64,000 nt of DNA, from contig NC_043003.1 in the NCBI RefSeq assembly GCF_006345805.1, positions 88,660,001-88,724,000 on the forward strand. Reading direction: 5' to 3'. A program made the position numbers and the translations under genes. Shown here one piece after another: positions 47,125 to 60,884 of this stretch (its first letter is position 1; every line of letters begins with the position of its first letter). The notes beneath the pieces were generated by a model. The model made no database searches, was not told the DNA's origin, and was given only the letters and a program-made list of their open reading frames with translations. This DNA comes from Octopus sinensis (Eukaryota).

Positions 47125-48790
47125 CAGGAGTGATTGGCACGGGCATACACTTAACAGAAAAGTGGGATGATAAGGTAACAGAGATAGTGAGCATATGTGA
47201 TAGGGGTACTAAGCTAAGACTTATCAGAGACAAATTAACAGTTACATTTATCTCTACAAATGCTTCACAAGCTGGGCTGGCTGATGACCAGAAGGACCAA
47301 TTCTATGAGGTTCTCCTGCAGACTACCTCAATAAAAAACAATGGTTATTGTGGCTTGCAACTTTAATGGACATGTTGGGCAGCAGTCCCATGGAGTGCAT
47401 GGTAGTTATGGCTTTGGCCCTAGGAATGAGGAGGGAATATGGCTACTGGAGTTCTGCGATGCAAATGACCTGCAACACTGACTTCAGAAAACCAGCCAGC
47501 CACCTAATTACTTATCAGCCATTTTGATTACCTCATCACCAGGCAATGAGAAGGGCAGATGCTCACAAATGCAAAGTCTTTCCCAGGTAAAGAGTGTTGT
47601 AAAGGAGCTTATGGAAGCTCAGAGACCCTGCGAATCATCAGAAATTTAGGGATATTCTAGTGGAAGAAGAGAGGATGTAGGAACATATAGCTTAGAAGAC
47701 AACTGGGAGTTCCGTTGGGACAATCTACTGAAGGCTGCAAAGCAAATATGTGGCTGGTGCAAAGTCCAAAGAGATTGACAGCACCATTAAAGCAAAGAGC
47801 CAGGTTTGGAAAGACGGGACAAATGGTCGAAGCAGAGAATTACATCAGGTAGCAAGAAGGGAAGCTAGAAAACAGGTTTACATAGCAAAAGGAATGACAG
47901 AATATAAGAGATTTGCCAATAGCAGAATGTAAGAGATTTGCCAATGAAGAAATTCCAGTTATGGAAGCAAAAATCTGGGATCAAAGGGCCTTAACTTAAC
48001 TAAGACCAAAATTGTTATTAGTGAGAAAGTATATAAGACTATTTCCGTCTGGTAAATGGACCAACTCAATTTGTAAGAAAGGAGTGAGAAGTAATTCCAT
48101 TCACTGCACTAAATGTAAGCTATGAACACATAAGAGATGAAGTGGAATCACAGGCAGATTAACCTTTGTGTATGGCAGATGTGCAGGAACAATAAGCATT
48201 AAGAGTACACAGCACTTAGACTCTCTCAAATGCCTAGGAGGTTCTCTTGAGGTAGTAGATAGTTTCTATTACCTAGGGGGCCAAATTAGTAATGGAGGGG
48301 AGGGATGCTCTAAAAGTACTATTTATAGAATATGAATAGGATGGAGAAAGTTCAGAGAGTTACTACCTCTGTTGGCAACAAAAGGACTCTCTCTGAGTGA
48401 AAGGTAGACTATATGATGCTTGTGTATGAACAGCTAAACTTCATGGAAGTGAGATATAAGCTCTGAATGCAGAGGACATGTGTAGGCTAGAGAGGAATTA
48501 AGGCAGTATGCTCTGCTGGATGTACAGTGTCAATGTGCATGAGAGAAAAGTTGGGCATAAAAGGAATCAAATGTTGCATTGGTTTGGACATGTAATGTGT
48601 ATAAATGAAGACAGCTATATAAAGAAGTGCCAGTCACTGAAAGTGGAAAAGGGTAGACCCAGGATGACATGGGATGAAGTAGTAAGGAGCAATCTCAGGA
48701 TGTTGGGGCTCATGGGAGGAATGACAAGGGACCAAGATGTCTGGCAATATGAGGTTCTAGAGAAGACTGCTCACATCAGCAAATCCGAGT
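47125..48790 (+). mobile_element. Degenerate, internally deleted RTE LINE
   Basis: APE fragments (QAGLADDQKDQFYE), linker and RT C-terminus (LHWFGHV, KGRPRMTW). Confidence 0.8.
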
Positions 48791-48859
48791 TCTAGAAGCA
48801 CTGTTCCAGCTACCCTAACAATATATTCTTCTCACACCCTACCCCAACAAACCAAACTA

Positions 48860-50009
48860 TTAGGTTGTCAAGAAAGTTCTTGTGGAATTTTTAATTTTGG
48901 TTTTAAATTATGTATTTTCAAATTAATTTTCGTTAAATTACAAGTTGAAGCTAGGCCAAAAAGCTGCTGAAACAGCTTGCTATATCAATGATGCATTTGG
49001 CCCAGGAACCACTAATGAACTTACAGCACAATGGTGGTTCAAAAAATTTCATAGCGGTGACGAGAGTCTTGAAGATGATAAGCGCAGTGGTCGGCCATTG
49101 AATGTTGATAATAATCAACTAAGAGCCTTAGTCGAAGCCAATTCATGCACAACTGTTTGCAAGCTTGCTTCTGAATTAGACGTAACATGTATGACAATTT
49201 CCAACCACTTGAAAGAGATTGGAAAAACAAAAATACTTGAGAAATGGGTGCTGCATGAATTGAATGACAACCCCCGCCCCCCCAAAAAACCGCCATTTTT
49301 GAAGTGTCATATTTCCTTCATTTATGCTACAAGAATGACCCATTTCTCAACCAGATTGTAATTTGCGATGAAAAGTAGATTCTTTATGACAACCAGCGAC
49401 GCTCAGCTCAGTGGTTGGACATTGAGGAGGCTTCAAGGCACTTCCTGAAGTCAAAGTTGCACCAAAAGAAGGTCATGGTGACTGTTTGGTAGTCTGTGGC
49501 CAGTCTCATCCATCACAGCTTTTTGGATCCCGGCGAAACCATAATGGCGGAGAAGTATGGTTAGCAAATGGATGAAATGCATAAGAAACTCCGACAACAG
49601 CCAGCATTGGTCAATAGAAAAGGACCAATTCTTCTCCATGACAACGCTCAGCTGCATGTCGCACAATTGACCCACAGAAGTTGAACAAATTGGGCTAGGA
49701 AACTCTGCCTCATCTGCTATACTCACTAGACCTCACACCTACCAACTACTACTTTTCCAAGCATCTTGACAACTTCCTGCGTGAGAAATGCTTCAAAAAC
49801 CAAAACAAGGCCAAACACGCTTTGAACAACTTCATCGCCACCAGAACACAGGATTTTTATGCTACTGGCATAAATAAACTTATTTCGCATTGGCAAAAGA
49901 GTGTTGATTCTAATGGTGTTTATTTCGATTAATAAAATTTTGTTTGAGCCGAGATATGTGCATCTGAATTTAAAGGTTAAAAACCGTAAGGACTTTCTTG
50001 ACAACCTAA
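48860..50009 (+). mobile_element. Near full-length mariner (DD34D), transposase disrupted
   Basis: TIRs ttaggttgtcaagaaagt / actttcttgacaacctaa with TA TSD. AQWWFKKFHSGDESLEDDKRSGRP, CDEK, LHDNA, YSLDLTPT. Confidence 0.93.
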
Positions 50010-50659
50010 TACATCTTTCTTTCTCACACTGCATCTCTTCTCTTCCTCACATTTCCTCTTCAAACATTATGATTACCTCTCATTCCCCAATACTCTGCTT
50101 GGGTCTACCAGCATAGCTGTGTGTGTTTCTGTTTATGGAGTTGTGGGTGTTTGTGTGCACTATGGATGTGTTTTATTTTTTAGGTGTGCTGTATAGCTGT
50201 GTTTCTAGGCATATTGTATAGCTGTATGTGCATGCACATCGCTGGCTGTATTAGTATATATATATGTGCATTCGGTTGTAAACATAGCCATACAGTAACT
50301 ATATGCTAACACTTTCAAAACCAACCTGCCCAAAGCAGCCCAAAAGTTCATTTGCGTGTTATGAACTATTCATATGTAAATGAGAATTTCAGTTCAAATC
50401 TTCTTGGTGCATTTGTGAACACAATTTCACTTTCTAAACAATTCAGCTACACTGTCTCTGCATCAGTAATGCTTACATCCACAATGCTCGTAACACTTAT
50501 ATTTACAACACCCCAAACACTTTCATATACAATGCTTCATTACTCCTACCCCACAGTAGAGGCAACAGCCTTATACAATTCTAAGATGTTTGAATGATGG
50601 TAGGTTAAAAGCAAGAACAACTGTTATGACGTATGTTACCAAACAATCACGGGAACCTT

Positions 50660-51275
50660 CTTTTCAGGTGCTAAATAACAGTTATCCTTCTTGTGTTACG
50701 TCTCCTATCTTGTTTCCAGTTTTCAGAGTTGGCACTGTAAATGTAGGCACATTGAAAGGTAGGTACTATCCATGGTGTACATGGGGACCATGGAATTGGT
50801 ACCAGAAGTGAAGAGGGCACTAGGCTCCTGGAGTTCTGCGATGCAAACAACCTATTGATCTGCAACACCAACTTCAGGAAGCCAGCCAGTCACCTGATAA
50901 CCTATCAAACAGGTGATTCTGCTAGCCAGATCAATTTCATCATCACCAAACAGCGGGATGCATGGTTGCTCTTAAATACAAAAACCCTCCCAGATGAAGA
51001 ATGTACCCCACTCCCAGCATAGACTAGTTATTAGTGGCTTTAGACTAGAGTCCAGAAGGATGACAAAAAGCAGTCCAATCTGGAAATGAAAGACTTGGAA
51101 TTTTAAGAACCTCTTACATGGTCAGAGATTTAGGGATATACTTACTGAGAAATTTGATGAGAGGAAGAAGGAGCTACAGTCCTGTGACATAGAAGGCAGC
51201 TGGGAATTCCTGCGAGACAGCTTACTGAGTGCCACAGACCAAATCCATGGCTGGTGTAAAGTCCCTTCCCTTAAG
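50660..51275 (+). mobile_element. RTE LINE 5' (APE) fragment
   Basis: FRVGTVNVGTLKGR, LLEFCDANNLLICNTNFRKP. Confidence 0.8.
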
Positions 51276-51459
51276 GAAGAAACTGAACCAAGCCACAGTC
51301 TTTCCATCGAAACAAAACTGTTAAGATTATTTTTCTCCCTCTTTATTAGTGTTTACTGTGGAAATGAATCATTACACAGAACATAAAGAAGAAGACAAGA
51401 TAGTCTGTGGTTTCCTACATGCAAGGAAGAGATCCAAGCACTTTTAAGAATATAGTGTG

Positions 51460-51500
<41 letters not shown>

Positions 51501-51997
51501 TTGATTTATTCTTTCATTCTTTTACTCGTTTCAGTCATTTGACTGCGGCCATATGTTTTTCAAATTTACCTCATTCTGTTACTGTATCAATACATCTTTT
51601 ATGTTTCTGAAAGTTTGTAACTCCATCAATGAAGACCTTTGTATTTCTGAGTAGAAATTTATGACTGCATCAATGCAGTTCTTTGTTTCTGTGACCGTGC
51701 CAATTTAACCCTGTGTGTTTGTTTCTGAATAGAAGCATGTTGTTTTGTGTTTCTGTCTGAGTTAGTGCATATTTTGTGTAAATTGAGATGAGTTGTTTCA
51801 AAAGAGAATGATAGCAAATGACTTGGTTGGTTGAAATGATTGAGATAAACTGAAATTTATACAGTGTTTGAATGAACATCTACTCAGTTTCGGTTCTACA
51901 CATGCACTAGACACACAAAGAAGTTCAAATGGATCAACTGCTCTGTTAATAATATGAAAAACTAAAAAGATAATTAAAAAGTAAAAGGTTAACTTAC

Positions 51998-52141
51998 CGA
52001 GTGCAAGACGCTAACATTTTTCTCTAAATCTACACATTGCGTAGAGCACTTCTTATTTTGCTCTTTAAGGATGTTGATCTCTTTACGGTAACACTCAGAG
52101 TTATTCTGCAAAACTTTGTAGCGTTCAGTTGCAAAATCAAG
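51998..52141 (-). CDS. TPR: TPR exon: LDFATERYKVLQNNSECYRKEINILKEQNKKCSTQCVDLEKNVSVLHS
   Basis: AG/GT sites. Matches vertebrate [22 protein letters not shown]. Confidence 0.97.
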
Positions 52142-52236
52142 CTTAAAAGATGAAAATAAATAAACTCTCAGAAGTCAAACACAGAACAAAAATCATAGGC
52201 CTATAATTTGATTTATCAGAAGGGAGTTAAGGGATT

Positions 52237-53050
52237 AACCCTTTGGCCCATAGATGCCCCACCAAAATTTTGGTTAATGTTACCAAAACATCCATAACCA
52301 CTCAAAATGATTATTCATGTTTTAATGTGAATTTCAGCAGAAATCTCATTACTACATTCATGAAAACTTGTTATTTCACTCTATAAACAATTGAGTTACA
52401 CTATCTGACATTTTACATGATATCTGAAGACTGCAAATTTTTAGAGAGCTTTTTTATCAACCACTTTTTTCCATTTTAATTTTCTGAAATATTTCACTAT
52501 GGATGAAAAATGGATATCAGTTTCATGTTGTCAAGCAGTGAGTTTCAATTCAAAGGAGTTTCAAAAGAAGATAGAAAAGAAACATGAAAAACAAAAAAGT
52601 TTGTGTTGATTATAAATTGGATATTTCTATAGTGATTCATAAATCCCTATACTGAAACAATACTGACAAAAGTTCTGATAGTGATAAAACAAGAGTGAAT
52701 TTGCACAAGAACATCGTAAGAATTTAAAAATTATTTTTTTTAGTTATTTTTAGGAAGATATTAAATCAAACCACAGTCTCTCCAAGGAATAGAAACTGTT
52801 AGATCATTTTTGTACTTTTTCCTTTGAAACAATAACTGTGGAAATGAATTGTTACACAGAACATAAAGAGGGAAAAAGAGATGGTTTGTGGTATAACACA
52901 TGCTTGGAACAACACTAGAAATCTGAACATTTTTAGGAATATAGGTTTTGTGTGTGTGTGTGTGTGTGTTTCATTTATAAATATCTTTTCAAATTTACCT
53001 TGTTTTTATCTTTCATTTACCTACAATTTTAATTTACCTGTAAGATGTGT
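52237..53050 (+). mobile_element. Degenerate piggyBac-family copy; further pieces at 50300-50450 and 51275-51560
   Basis: ttaaccctttg left end; ccacagtct..ccaagg segment homologous to 31370-31520. Confidence 0.6.
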
Positions 53051-53230
53051 GTTCAAGTTTGATTAATTTGTATTGTGAATCATTAATATATGTGTAGTGT
53101 GAGTTTTATTTCACAGGTATGTAGATGACAGGCTGGCTCCTGTCGAACTGTCCAACCTATGTCAGCATGGAAGATGGACATTAAATGATGATGACAATCC
53201 TCTGCAACTGTAACTGAGGAGACAGCAGAG

Positions 53231-53880
53231 CATACCGGAGAGCATCCAGTATGTAGCAAACTCCATCCACCAAAGTATCAAGGTAACTATAGATTACCCA
53301 ACCAGGCAACCTGTCCTTGACACTGAACTTCGGTTATAGACGGTAAACAACAGAGTACAGTTCCTCCACTCCAACATGAAAATAAGCATACCAATAGCAG
53401 ACTTAGAATAATGAATATGTCCCCACCATACTAACTCAATGAAGCAAAGAGATATAAACAAGACTTCATGTACTGCGTGCAATTCTCTGGATGCAACTAG
53501 ATCCACAGGATTCAAGTATACAGGAGAGCCAAAAAGATATCAGATAACAACACAAGTAATGATGCCAGTGGTACCCATCCTAGATACTGAAGTGAAGACT
53601 GGAATAGTATATAGAAAATTTGTGACAAAGCAAACAGAGAGAACACATGGTACAGGGCTGATAAATATCAAGGAGTGATGTTTGTAGAGGCCACATCTCA
53701 TGGGGAAATTAGCACATAGATTTAGGAAGACCCTGAAGGACACCAAACTCAACATTAAGATTGTTGAGAAGTCAGGGAGCTCCATTAGATCACAATTATG
53801 TAGGACTTAGTCCCTCAAAAATACCACATGCACTAATGAGAACTGTGTAGTATGTAAATTTAACCCCAGAATTCACTGTA
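53231..53880 (+). mobile_element. Penelope-like element relic (RT C-terminus and Cys-rich linker upstream of the GIY-YIG position)
   Basis: IQYVANSIHQSIKVTIDYP...PVLDTEL; KIVEKSGSSIRSQLCRT*...CTNENCVVC...HCK. Confidence 0.7.
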
Positions 53881-53884
53881 AGTT

Positions 53885-54521
53885 GAACAGACAATCTGCG
53901 TCAAATTTTCCCAAAAGCTTGGTGATACCTACTCAGAGGCTTAGTCAAAGTTTGCAAAAGATTTTTCATCATTCTCAATACAATCAAAGAGATCTTGTGC
54001 AACTGAAACACGAGTGTCATTTTGGTCAGCTGAAAGCAGTCTTGAAACAAACATGGCAGAGATGCATCTCATACCCAAATCTTTAGTCATAATGGACTGA
54101 ACTGAACTGTAACTAATCTTCACGTCCCCTGATAACTCACGGATGGTGATTTCATGATTTTCTCAGTTCTGCTCGTTGTCAGTCTGAGAACATTCATCAA
54201 TATGGACACTTTTTTTTGGCCATCTTGGAAATATCTGAACCACTCTTACACTTCTGTGCAGCTCATACACTCCTCATCATACACTTTCTGCAACTTTGTG
54301 TAGGCTTCTGAGCAGGTATTGCCATGATAGCTTTCTCTGTCATGATTAATGCGACAATCACACACTACACACCTTCCTTCGAAGCACTGTTAGGAGCTAG
54401 AACGTTAAAGCACATCAGAGATCAAGATCAATCTGTGCCAAGTGGCTTCACTCTGCGTGCTTTAGCTTCATTACTATGGCAACAATCTAGATACTTATTG
54501 ATCAGACCTCATACCTTTCAG
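53885..54521 (-). mobile_element. Mariner 5' half
   Basis: TIR tatgaggtctgatcaataagt on the minus strand; LGMRCISAMFVSRLL. Confidence 0.8.
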
Positions 54522-54819
54522 TAAAAATAAAAATAATACTGATTTCTACGATAATAATCATAATTCTTTCTACTGTGGGCACAAGACATGAAACTTTGAG
54601 GGAGGGGGCTAGTTGATTATAACCCCCCCCCCATGCAACTGGTACTTATTTTATCAATTCCCCCAAAAGGATAAAAGACAAAGTCTATCTTGGAAGAATT
54701 TGCAATCAGTACATAAAGATGGACAAAATGCAATTAAGCATTTTGTCCAGCATGCTAACTATTCTGCCAGTTTGCTGCCTTAATAATAATAATACCATAA
54801 CTCATTAAGTGTAACTTAC

Positions 54820-54898
54820 CTGTGAAGCAAGTTTTGTGTTCTGAACTCTCATGTCAGAAATGTCTCCACGTAATTTTTCAAGCTGACCATTCAGTATC
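54820..54898 (-). CDS. TPR: TPR exon: (K)ILNGQLEKLRGDISDMRVQNTKLASQ
   Basis: AG/GT sites. Matches vertebrate [26 protein letters not shown]. Confidence 0.96.
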
Positions 54899-55513
54899 CT
54901 GAAATAAGGGTAAGTAAAATGCAATGCTTAGATATAGATCCAGGAAGTTACTAAATGGATGAATGGGTTCAAAAGTGGTGATTTTGTATTGCAAGATTGG
55001 CACTATACTTTACAGTGTTGAACTTTGATTAAATACTGAAAAAAACTTACCTGCTAAGCATCAGCGTAGTTTGATATATGAATGGAAAATGAGAGGAGAA
55101 GAGATAGAGCTATGGTAAAGAGAAGGTGAACTGACTCAAAGACCTGAAGTGAACTGTACTATTAAGTAGTTCAGGTGTGAATGTCTTTGATATCACAGCT
55201 TACAAGTGATAGTGTATACCTGTTGTGGAGACAACAAATATAGTACTGTAGTAAACTGAGCAACATGATAGTTCACACAAAATTCACAAGATATCAAAGC
55301 ACTATCTACTAAAGAGGCTACCAATGTATTGAACATCTATGATTAACAGTTGAATTACCGAAAATTGAACAACAAGCATAGCTACAATTTTAGAAGATTC
55401 TAGATCATAGCAGTGACCACATGTTCATTCACTGCCAAGACATCAATGAACTTATTCCCTTACCAATCTGTTCTAAAATAAAACAAGAAAAATTTAGGAA
55501 AAAAATTGTTTAC

Positions 55514-55731
55514 TTGTCATTCTCTCCCTTTTCTCGTTTGTAAGTGGCATACTCTGTTTGCAGTTCTTGGAGAGCCATCTTCATGTCTTCCAGTTCTTTG
55601 TCCTTATTAGGGCTAAAAGGGTTAAAAGGGGTAGCAGGCATGCTTTGAGGAGTCTGCTGGTACTTTCCACGTGCCCTGTAACTGCCTCGGCCATGTCCTC
55701 GTACTGGTGTTGCTGTCTGGACATTTGAAAC
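55514..55731 (-). CDS. TPR: TPR exon: VSNVQTATPVRGHGRGSYRARGKY...ELEDMKMALQELQTEYATYKREKGEND(K)
   Basis: AG/GT sites. The 3' part matches vertebrate [25 protein letters not shown]. Confidence 0.94.
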
Positions 55732-55857
55732 CTAACATATATAAATAAATGACAGTATAACAGACATGTAATGGACAGTATAATGAAGTAATTGGTGAGA
55801 TTAATTAAAAAGAATCAACATAAAGTAGATTTTGTTGGATGGCTGGGTGGTTTGTCA

Positions 55858-58800
55858 CCATCGTCGTCATCATTTAACATTCGCTTTCCCTGCTCGCATG
55901 GGTTGGACGGTTTGACTGACAGTCTGGCAAACCAGAAGGCTGCACCAGACTCAAATCTGATCTGGACGCCCTTCTACAGCTGGATGTCCTTCCTAATGCC
56001 AATCACTCCGACAATGTAGTAGGTGCTTGTCAGGTGCACTGGCATCGACCACTCTCAAATGGTGCTTTTTACATGCCACCAGCATGGGAGCCAGTTAAAC
56101 GGCACTGGCAATAACCATACTCAAATGGTGGGTTTACATGCCACCAGTACTGGCCCAGTCAGGCAGCACTGGCATCGAATGGTGCTTTTTACATGCCACT
56201 GCAATAGGTGCCAATCAGGCGGTACTGGCATTGGCCATGACAATAACTTTACTTCACTTAAGTCATCACAAGCGCAGTTTATAGCCCAATGATTGAAGGG
56301 TACTCTTAAATGGGCTGGTTATGCTGCACTGTCATGCGCCATGGTTACAGTCTCACTTGGCTTGCCAGGTCTCGGTCACTTGTTATCGCCTCTGTGAGGC
56401 CCAACATTTGAAGGTCATGCTTCACCACCTCATCCTAGGTCTTCTTGAGTCTACCCCTTCCACAGGTTCCCTCTACTGCTAGGCTGTGACACTTTTTTAT
56501 ACGGCTGTCCACAACACATGACCATACCGACGCAGTCGTCTCTCTTGCACACCACATCTGATGCTTCTTAGCTCCAACTTTTCTCCCAGGGCGCTCACAC
56601 ACTATCGTATATGCACACTGACATTACACATCCAGCAGAGCATACTAGCTTCATTTCTTGCAAGCTTATGCATGTGCTCAGCAGTCACAGCCCATGTTTT
56701 ACTGCCATGTAGCATGGCTGTTCACACACTAGTGTCATACAGCCTACCTTTTACTCTTAGTGACAGGCTCGTTGTCAGTAGCAGAGGTAGATCTCTGAAC
56801 TTTGCCCATGCTATTCTTATTCTGGCAGCTACACTCTCATAGCATCCAGCCCTGCTACTTATTTGGCTGCCTAGGTAATAGAAGCTATCAACTACTACTA
56901 TTTTATCCCCATGCCATGTGATGGAAGCTGTTTTCTGCACATTTTCAGTGTTTATTGTCCCTGAGCATTTGCCACACAAAAACTATCTTCCCAGTAAGCA
57001 TTCCTTTGATATTGCTGCACCTCTTGTGTCCATAGCTTACACCGGGTACATCCTATGGAGTTTCTACTCATGCTTTTTCTACAGATCAAGCAGGGCCATT
57101 TATCTGAAAGGATTTGGGATTTGACTGCCTTCCTATTTACTAAGACTTTGGTTTTTGCTAGGTTAACCCTAGGGCCCTTCTATTCTAGACCTTGCTTCCA
57201 CACCTGAAACTTTTCTAGTTCTGACAGTGACTCAGCTATTAGAGCAAGGTCATCAGCATAGAGGAGCTCCCAGGGTTAGCCAGGATTCCTCTGTTATTGC
57301 CTGGAGGACTATGATGAATAAGAGAGGGCTGAGGACTGATCCTTGGTGGACCTGTACACCTACCTCAAATTTTTCACTATGCTCGTTTCAACTCTCACCT
57401 TATTGACAGCATCCCAGTACATGGCTTGTATAGCTCTCACTAACCTTTAATCTATACCTAGTTTTCCCATTGACCACCAGATAAGGGATCCGGGGACTCT
57501 GTCAAAGGCTTTCTCCATGTGAACAAAAGCCAGATACAGAGGTATAACTACAGCTGTCTTACTAGAAATATAGCATCAGTGCTGCTTTTTCCTGGCACAA
57601 ACCCAAACTGCATCTCATCTAAACTAACTCTCTCCCTGACTTTCATTACCTGATCCAACAACTTGATACCTCTGCAATTATTTGTATCTAAAGCGTTCCC
57701 TTTAATTTTGTAGCAGTTGATGACGGTGCTGCTACACCAGTCATTGGGTACGACTCCTTCGTGTATCACCTGGTTAACTATACAGGTGACTAGCCTATAA
57801 GCTGACACTGTGAGATATGTTAAGCATCTCTGCGGTGATTCCTGATGAGCCGGAGGGGCTTTCCCTGTCTCCATACCCTTCATTGCTTTATCTACTGTCA
57901 ATTTAGATAGCTGGTCCTTCTGTTGGGTCGACATTCAGCAGACTCTCTTTCTCCTATTCATTCTCTTCATTTAGCAACCTTTCATAGTGGCATCTCCAAG
58001 TCTCTGTTTGCAACCTCATTAAATTCAAGTGAGCCATCATCCATGCAGACACATTTGTCTCCTACAACATCATGATTCTCTCTCTCCCACACTGTCTTGC
58101 AACATGAAACACTTCAAGTATTTGGTCCGCACGACGCAGAACATTGGCAATTTTTTTCTTATCTGCTTCCCCTCTGGTTAAGTAAACCTGTTGCCTAGCT
58201 TCCCTTCTGGCAATCTGATATAATTCCCTGCTACCACCGTTTTTCCAGTCCTTCCATGCCTGTTTCTTTTCCTTAATAACCCTCTCAACTATATTTTTCC
58301 ACCACCACATTATCTTGGGTTGAGAGGGGACTTTGCTCCATCCTTAATGTGGGAACCAAATACATAGCCTCCGTGTATACCATGGAAGCCCGCTGCATGT
58401 TGTCCAACATGCCCATTGAAGTCGCCAAGCCACAAAGCTTGGTAGTCTGCAAGAGGATGTTGTAAAATCGGTCTTTCTGTTCATCATGTAGCCCTGGCTG
58501 AGGGGTATAAGCCAAGATAATGGTTGCTAATCCATGTGCAGCACTTATCTGATGTTAGGTATTCTATCGCAGACTCTCACTACCTTGATTACCTTATCAA
58601 CCCATTCCTCCGCAAGAAGTATACCCACGCCCCTAACCCCATCAGTATTCCCTGCCCAGAAATTCTTATACCTATGTTCTTTGCCTGTGAAGAACCTAGC
58701 AGAACTTCCTCTCCACCTTACTTCTTGGATGCAGCACAAATCTACATGCCTCTGTTCAAGCATCTCAGCAATCTCACCAAACCTACTTTTCAGTGTGCCA

Positions 58801-58895
58801 ACATTAAGTATACCAACTCTGAGGGTGTGGGAGGTGTGGGCCCGCAAGATCATGGGATGGGGGACAGTAGTGACACGTACCTGAAAAGAAAGCTC
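55858..58895 (-). mobile_element. Near full-length RTE LINE (APE plus RT), disrupted
   Basis: LRVGILNVGTLK...CCIQEVRW, QFGFVPGKSSTDAIF, RT C-terminus, and a 3' tail with (ATG/ACG)n. Confidence 0.93.
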
Positions 58896-59973
58896 GCATT
58901 TGGCAGAATTTATAAACATACAACAGCCTGCAACCTGTATATAATCACTACATTACAAAGGAGATAAAACCCAAAGTAGGGATGGGAGAACATTAAGCCT
59001 TTGGAGGTGTTCATGGGAAAGACATTTGATAGAAGACAGAGGAAAAAGACTTTTGGTACAGTAGGAAGGGCAGGTGTACCACGAAACAGCAAAAACTCAG
59101 GTTGTCGGTGTGAAAGAATAGTAATGAGATAGAATTGGGCATTTGCATTCTTAACTAGAGCTATAACCAACAATTTTTTTATTAGATAAATGAATGAATA
59201 AATGACAATAATAAATGAGCGAGAAAGAGAGAGTTGGGTTGAGCATAGGGATCTTAAGTTTTTTCTCTAAAAATACAGCGTGAAAGACGAAACTGTGTTT
59301 ACACAGAAAGATAATAAAATGAAATAATAAAGTAATTATAATTTGTGCTGAAAAAGAGGTTTTAGATGTGTCCTAGGTTGGAAAACAAAGTTGCTTATCT
59401 GAACATCTGATTTGTACTCTGTGTGGCGAGGTGTTAAAATATGCTTGTTATATAGTGGCCCAAATTATAGGTTGGTTTTACAGACAGGTGATTTGGCATA
59501 TATTACACTAAATAGCCTAGTTATAGATCAGGTGGGGTATTTGTGTACATTACAGCCCTGGTCCGGGCTACAGATCAGGTGCTGTGTTTGTACATGCTAG
59601 ATAACTGATACTAATTACAACTGAGGTGAGTTGGTTTGTACATAATCCAATTTTGAAGTGCATACGCATGTATGAGGTCCCTGGAATTTAAATAAAGAGT
59701 TGCAGATCTGTGAGGAGACTGGCCTATTGTAATTGGTGGAACATCGCTATTTTTCAAGTCTTCCATCCCTGTTAATTAATCAGCAAGAAACCCTGCACTG
59801 GAAAACAGTGTCACATGAAATAAGTTTCAAGGAATAAGAAGAGCAAATATTACAAAAATCTGTTTTATGCATGTCTTTCAGCACTTCATTTTTGCAATAC
59901 ATTTCTTAAAAATTAAAATTTTACTTTGTTTATTCCACTTAAGGCAATGATCACTTATCTGGTAAAAGCTTAC

Positions 59974-60033
59974 ATGAGTAGATTCCTGATACAGAACTCG
60001 GTACATATCTCTTTGTCGAATAATGGATTCTAC
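59974..60033 (-). CDS. TPR: TPR exon (most 5' found): VESIIRQRDMYRVLYQESTH
   Basis: Acceptor tctttctatccag, donor gtaagc. Matches vertebrate VDSIVRQRDMYRILL. Confidence 0.96.
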
Positions 60034-60884
60034 CTGGATAGAAAGAAAGCAAAAGAAAATTAGTAACCTTCATTTAACAATCATATACAAAGCCTTGCAT
60101 GGGTATTTAGTACATGAAAGGACACCGATATGAACATACATACCATATATCTACAATAAAAAAAATGGCAAGATTGTGTTTGTGAATTTGTTACTTTAAC
60201 TCCTCTGAGACTATCCAACAGACCTTGATGAAACCTGACATAGGTTCACTTACGCACTTGGAATTTTTATAAAATCAATTTTTAATCAGCATCGATTTTT
60301 CAAAAATCATAAAATTTCAACATTTTTCACGCTAGCCATCATAACATCAATTTGACGAAAAGTGTTTCATGGCTTTAAACAGAAAGCTTATTAATAGTAA
60401 TCAATTTAGCATTTGCTAATTCTTTATTTCAATGCAAATTGTTTTCATTTGCAAAAACTTATTATTTCAATTCATTGTTTTAATTGCACAGTGTTTCAGG
60501 TTTTGAATAGGTAAGAGTATTTTATTTCTCAAGCAACACTTAAGCATTTTGCACACTAGCTATCGTGTCATCAATTTGACAAAATCTGCCCCAAAGTGTA
60601 AAATTTCATCATTCTATGCACATGCACAAAAATGACCACGTGGGTTCACTACGAGACTCTGCTCATTTCTTCATCAAATTGGTCCTACCCATTAATATAG
60701 ATTTTAAATTTTTGAAAAATGTCGAAATTTGGCGCAAAATATTTCATATTTCAACAGGCATCTTATTAATGGTAATTTATTACATATAATACATATACAA
60801 TACATCGTGTGAGGAAAAAGTAACGCCCTTTTGTATTTGAGTTTTCTAGTTTGTCTCCTCTCTCCCTCTCTTACATAGGATTGT

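Noticed and set aside
57841-57860. CTGATGAG hammerhead-like core
   Set aside because: Antisense of RTE coding sequence (GKAP.P.G region); no stem II, GAAA or stem I.
59432-59806. Solo-LTR-like segment (TGT...ACA with AATAAA)
   Set aside because: No target-site duplication and no second copy in the window.
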